The notes under the pieces are model-generated. The model ran no database searches, had not been told where the DNA came from, and saw nothing but the letters and a program-made list of their open reading frames with translations. Shown one piece after another: positions 61,701-64,000 of a stretch of 64,000 bases of DNA. Where the stretch lies: positions 9,319 to 73,318 of the forward strand of contig CBIHOC010000024.1 of NCBI GenBank assembly GCA_966211705.1, in the 5' to 3' direction. This DNA comes from an uncultured Chryseobacterium sp. GTDB taxonomy: Bacteria; Bacteroidota; Bacteroidia; Palsa-965. How positions within the stretch are numbered: position 1 is the stretch's first letter; every line of letters begins with the position of its first letter. Made by a program: the position numbers and the translations under genes.

Positions 61701-62885
61701 ATACCGGGCCACCCGTACGACCATATTTTCCATTCCCGGCAGCAGCTTGAGGCGGTCAAGTTCCGAGAAATGGTCCTTGTCGAAATGCGATATCGTAGTT
61801 TCAAAAGGTAATTGCGAACCGGAAATTTTTGCCGTTTGCTGTACCTGCTCGGTAAGATCTTTTACCCTTAAATTGTAAGGAGCTCCCGCGTCCATCAGTA
61901 ATGAACGGCCATCCTGGTTCAGGGTGACCATGATCGACCGTGCAGCGCCTCTCGGGAGAACATAAACGCTTATTGCCGCTCTCGGCGTTTTTGTTTGCAG
62001 CCGGAACGTTCTTTCCTTAATGGAGACGACATATTCATTGGCGGGCCCTGCCGATGTAATGCAGGAGTCCTCGTAGAGATCAAGTTTGTAATCGGTGCCA
62101 AAAGTATTTGTTACAAGGGTTTTCAGTTCGGGATCGCCGTCGAGCAGTTCCAGGAATTCTTTAATGACGACCGCCGGGTCGACCTTGCGCTGGATCTTTG
62201 CCATTACTCCCTTTCCCTGCTGCACCGTATGTGTCACCTCATGCGCCAGCAAACTCTTCCCCTCCGCCGTACCCGGATTATAATTCCCCCCCTTAAAATA
62301 AATATCCTGTCCATGCGTAAACGCCTTCGCATTGATCCCCTCACTCATCGAACTGGCCGTGCTTCCGGTATGAATTTTCACGCCTGAAAGATCGGTTCCT
62401 GTATGCTGCTCTAGTTCGCCCTTCGTATTGCCGTCAAGGCTTTGCCCCTGTCCCTTTGTCGCCGACAGTTGCTGATCGAACTCCGGTGTGGTTGTCAATG
62501 TCCCGTTTTCTCCTTTCATACTGATCTCCGGCCCCGCCTGCTCCATCGTCATTCGTGACATGTTCACGTCGCCGCGCGAAACCGCATCTGCCAGCTTGTC
62601 CGCCTGCATCTCCGACGAATCATGAGGCTGCGAAATTTCCAGCTTGGCCTGTACGAACATTTTTTGCTGCTCTATTGATTTTCGGAGGATTGCACGGCCA
62701 GTCTGGTCCACATGAGTTTGCGAAAACTGGTTCGCACCATCCTTCATCATCCGCGATATCTGCTCATTGCTGAGCGAAGCGATATAACGAAATACTTGCT
62801 GCCGGCCGGAATTTCCTTTCTTACGGTTAGCCTTTCCTTTGTCCTTTTCTTCTTTATGGCCCTGATCGTAAGTTCTCATATTCAA
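58752..62885 (-). CDS. Large (1377 aa) multidomain protein with an N-terminal DUF4157 domain (putative HExxH zinc metallopeptidase-like). Candidate eCIS-associated effector/toxin.
   Basis: Residues ~90-225: EMQADKLADAV...DLSGVKIHTGSTASSMSEGINAKAFTHGQDIYFKGGNYNPGTAEGKSLLAHEVTHTVQQ matches the DUF4157 consensus, including HEVTH. No signal peptide. Sits immediately downstream of an AAA+ ATPase. Confidence 0.8.
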   Translation of the reverse strand: MNMRTYDQGHKEEKDKGKANRKKGNSGRQQVFRYIASLSNEQISRMMKDGANQFSQTHVDQTGRAILRKSIEQQKMFVQAKLEISQPHDSSEMQADKLADAVSRGDVNMSRMTMEQAGPEISMKGENGTLTTTPEFDQQLSATKGQGQSLDGNTKGELEQHTGTDLSGVKIHTGSTASSMSEGINAKAFTHGQDIYFKGGNYNPGTAEGKSLLAHEVTHTVQQGKGVMAKIQRKVDPAVVIKEFLELLDGDPELKTLVTNTFGTDYKLDLYEDSCITSAGPANEYVVSIKERTFRLQTKTPRAAISVYVLPRGAARSIMVTLNQDGRSLLMDAGAPYNLRVKDLTEQVQQTAKISGSQLPFETTISHFDKDHFSELDRLKLLPGMENMVVRVARYKYEENIKGLAAWKTAYVQRVAGENILEIRVEGGDVNMTQRVMNGLKMIEMRLNPKNTEKMTVNETSPITILYDLSLGTSMVFTSDLTGKGMEKIINAITPEVMIKLMGAGGTNLRVLEHAHHGGKVGKGDVKGMIELLRLSFEASGGNLNMFAQQKAGAESSPSGTVTILQEAEIIKSEPVTENSKTKKYEGGKKYTVDFGGLFNRFYADKETITRMQAAQLKLSQLQEIHRNITMLKGILDPQLKQEKGGGKTLLSTYTASLADFTSRLPDPISRLKTSINAFWLEMIKAGEANPGGLRSGEMDMTQVTAAANKVEQAMGKAEFEKLEKEYIDNLSVMTFTQMISFSSAMIRDATARKDLGALAKAKAYQMSVVQQAGMVVGTTFMKEAFQYAMVWAKATLSMRNKLGRTKLSSGEREMQLYSRTVQEMNRVTKRQVELEQMVEKSARTATPSAGTKGAAWFFLIVQLLDMTREYMENEEIADAMEDIERSKIDLAGQSEIRWWKDKGIEPGVMLLDDDNEQIAGTENMSNEDRIKAALVDDPRFANITSVEGFHAVVEGDLTYDNGGMEAVFYDMFAEVLDLKSWFAYITDESGNRRLHYLEGKWGYNVWLARDEKRVSFYSEEQQEMLDGLYHLARQAEQQQFDMMDSDEELFSTDESVYTINRYFRTKPIELDEAETITGEKTMENRIPMFRKAEINYMQSWQPFRDHYPGDPDDYVLVQAADAYTLELLMDYYIVTASYESMETSGTHTRYNYALNTGGYALVNVDDLRSYNSVLTDSGKMISPYGAGFTDTPYKKLSVIKPVAPPPDLVKREQKDNTTVSYPTRIDTLPKNKNAGSNETAVNASNETLSVTQPSAIGADVYFEGGFDDPKVLEIYRQSEVAVWVNFHVSFKGGLGKFYDKVPVKIVSVYTAVGTPLYHGDEPYARIQLVEGFWLTDIELADGTKKHKIGWNAGAEFSWYYKRRWWTPVPVVEKNEK

Positions 62886-62905
62886 TAGTGTTAATAGTGT
62901 TATTC

Positions 62906-64000
62906 TTAAAAATTCTTCCGGTGCTCATACCCGGCGCCATAACGCCGGGCCGGATTGGTCATTACCATTTCATCGGTACATATTTCATACTTACGCCCTG
63001 TCTTTTTAAACTCATCCGCTATAGCCTGTTCCAGGATTTTGAAGGTGATTGTTTCCATATTCCGATCGAGCGCTTCAATAACGCCCTCCGAAATAATATT
63101 GTAAATCCCTCCCCCGGAAAACTGGTAATCTTTTGCTAACCGGTCAACCAAACCGTCTTCATATTTAAAAGGCTCGTTCAACGCATTTTTCCAGAGAAGA
63201 ATACGTTCAGGATATTCCGGGAAATTAAACGCCACGATTTGACGTATACGACGCTGAAAGGCTTTGTCAAAATACTGGGACAGGTTTTGTACGTTGGTTG
63301 CGAGGATCACTATGCCGTTATATTCTTCTATTTTCTGAAGGAGAAAGGACTGCTCGTTGTTCGCGTGCTTATCATGCGAATCTTTCACTTCAATACGCTT
63401 GCTAAAAATCGATTCGGCTTCATCAAAGAATAAAATACTCGGCTGCCCGCTGAAACGATCAAATACCCGCTCGAGGTTTTTCTCAGTTTCGCCGATGTAT
63501 TTCGAAACGAGTTGTGCAAAATTTACCTTATACACCGGCAGATGCAGTTCGTTACCTATAGCTTCGGCGGTATGGCTTTTTCCCGTTCCGGGATCCCCGC
63601 TAAAAATACCAATGAAGTTTTGCCGATATTTTTGACCATTAGGCAGCGACCATAGTTTTTTCATGTTTCGGGCAAAACGACGAAGCTTTTCCAGTTCAAT
63701 AATCGTCTTTTCATCAAGGACTACATCCTTCATCGTATGCGTGTGCTTGCCACGCCTTACCGGAAAATGGGAATCGCCGTCTAAACTGGGAGCATTACCG
63801 TGCAGTATCGCTGACAAGAACTGTTCGTTGAAGAGCAGCTCATGCTCGAGAAAATTTGTGTTTTCGTGTGTCGGGTGAGAAAGCAGGATATTCGAGGTAA
63901 AAAGTTTGTGGCGGCTGTTGAAAAGACAGAGATAATAGTCGATCAACTCTTCATCCTCACCGGCCAGCAAAAATATAGCTGTGCGAACAGTTGGATAAAA
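62906..64000 (-). CDS. AAA+ ATPase, 5'-partial (N-terminus lies beyond the window end). Afp15/Pvc15-like candidate.
   Basis: Walker A GDPGTGKSH, Walker B ILFFDEAE, second region of homology, sensor residues. The reading frame stays open to base 64000 and the listed start at 63970 is a TTG. Confidence 0.8.
   Translation of the reverse strand, partial: FYPTVRTAIFLLAGEDEELIDYYLCLFNSRHKLFTSNILLSHPTHENTNFLEHELLFNEQFLSAILHGNAPSLDGDSHFPVRRGKHTHTMKDVVLDEKTIIELEKLRRFARNMKKLWSLPNGQKYRQNFIGIFSGDPGTGKSHTAEAIGNELHLPVYKVNFAQLVSKYIGETEKNLERVFDRFSGQPSILFFDEAESIFSKRIEVKDSHDKHANNEQSFLLQKIEEYNGIVILATNVQNLSQYFDKAFQRRIRQIVAFNFPEYPERILLWKNALNEPFKYEDGLVDRLAKDYQFSGGGIYNIISEGVIEALDRNMETITFKILEQAIADEFKKTGRKYEICTDEMVMTNPARRYGAGYEHRKNF

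Noticed and set aside
59022-62387. Several 130-270-aa + strand ORFs opposite the DUF4157 gene
   Set aside because: Antisense to a continuous 4.1-kb frame that contains a textbook DUF4157 match. No motifs of their own.

Overview
High-GC (~60%) chromosomal segment, most likely from a Bacteroidota genome. The pointers are T9SS cargo proteins, SprB-repeat adhesins each paired with PorP/SprF, a b558-type sdhCAB operon, and the absence of classical Shine-Dalgarno spacing.

Content in window order:
(1) A 5'-truncated SprB-repeat gliding-type adhesin followed by a PorP/SprF gene.
(2) A complete minus-strand suf Fe-S assembly operon (sufA-B-C-D-S-E plus DUF59 and DUF2480), with two unrelated small ORFs embedded in it.
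(3) A three-gene phosphorelay: a PAS histidine kinase, a CheY-like response regulator, and a hybrid receiver-kinase.
(4) thiL.
(5) A beta-propeller LytS-type histidine kinase paired with a LytTR response regulator.
(6) Two proteins with T9SS type-A C-terminal sorting domains, an alpha/beta hydrolase, a GH15 enzyme, and a divergent M24 Xaa-Pro aminopeptidase.
(7) A three-gene plus-strand cluster of a small single-TM protein and two large (945 aa and 806 aa) uncharacterised cytoplasmic proteins. The second is an internal tandem duplication.
(8) A 7TM-DISM sensor carrying only a HisKA domain, followed by sdhC-sdhA-sdhB and rpoN.
(9) A 2776-aa SprB-repeat adhesin with a T9SS type-B (CHU_C) C-terminal domain, followed by PorP/SprF.
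(10) At the right edge, a lower-GC block reading off the window on the minus strand: a partial AAA+ ATPase, a 1377-aa protein with an N-terminal DUF4157 (HExxH) domain, and a WG-repeat lipoprotein.

The right-edge block looks like the cargo/ATPase end of an extracellular contractile injection system (eCIS) locus. It and the 33.4-38.8 kb giant-protein cluster are the two candidate novel systems.

The intergenic regions carry an unusual family of long imperfect palindromes built from short repeated words; two related copies lie inside the suf operon. No rRNA, tRNA or CRISPR was found. Coordinates refined from the ORF track are stated in the evidence fields.
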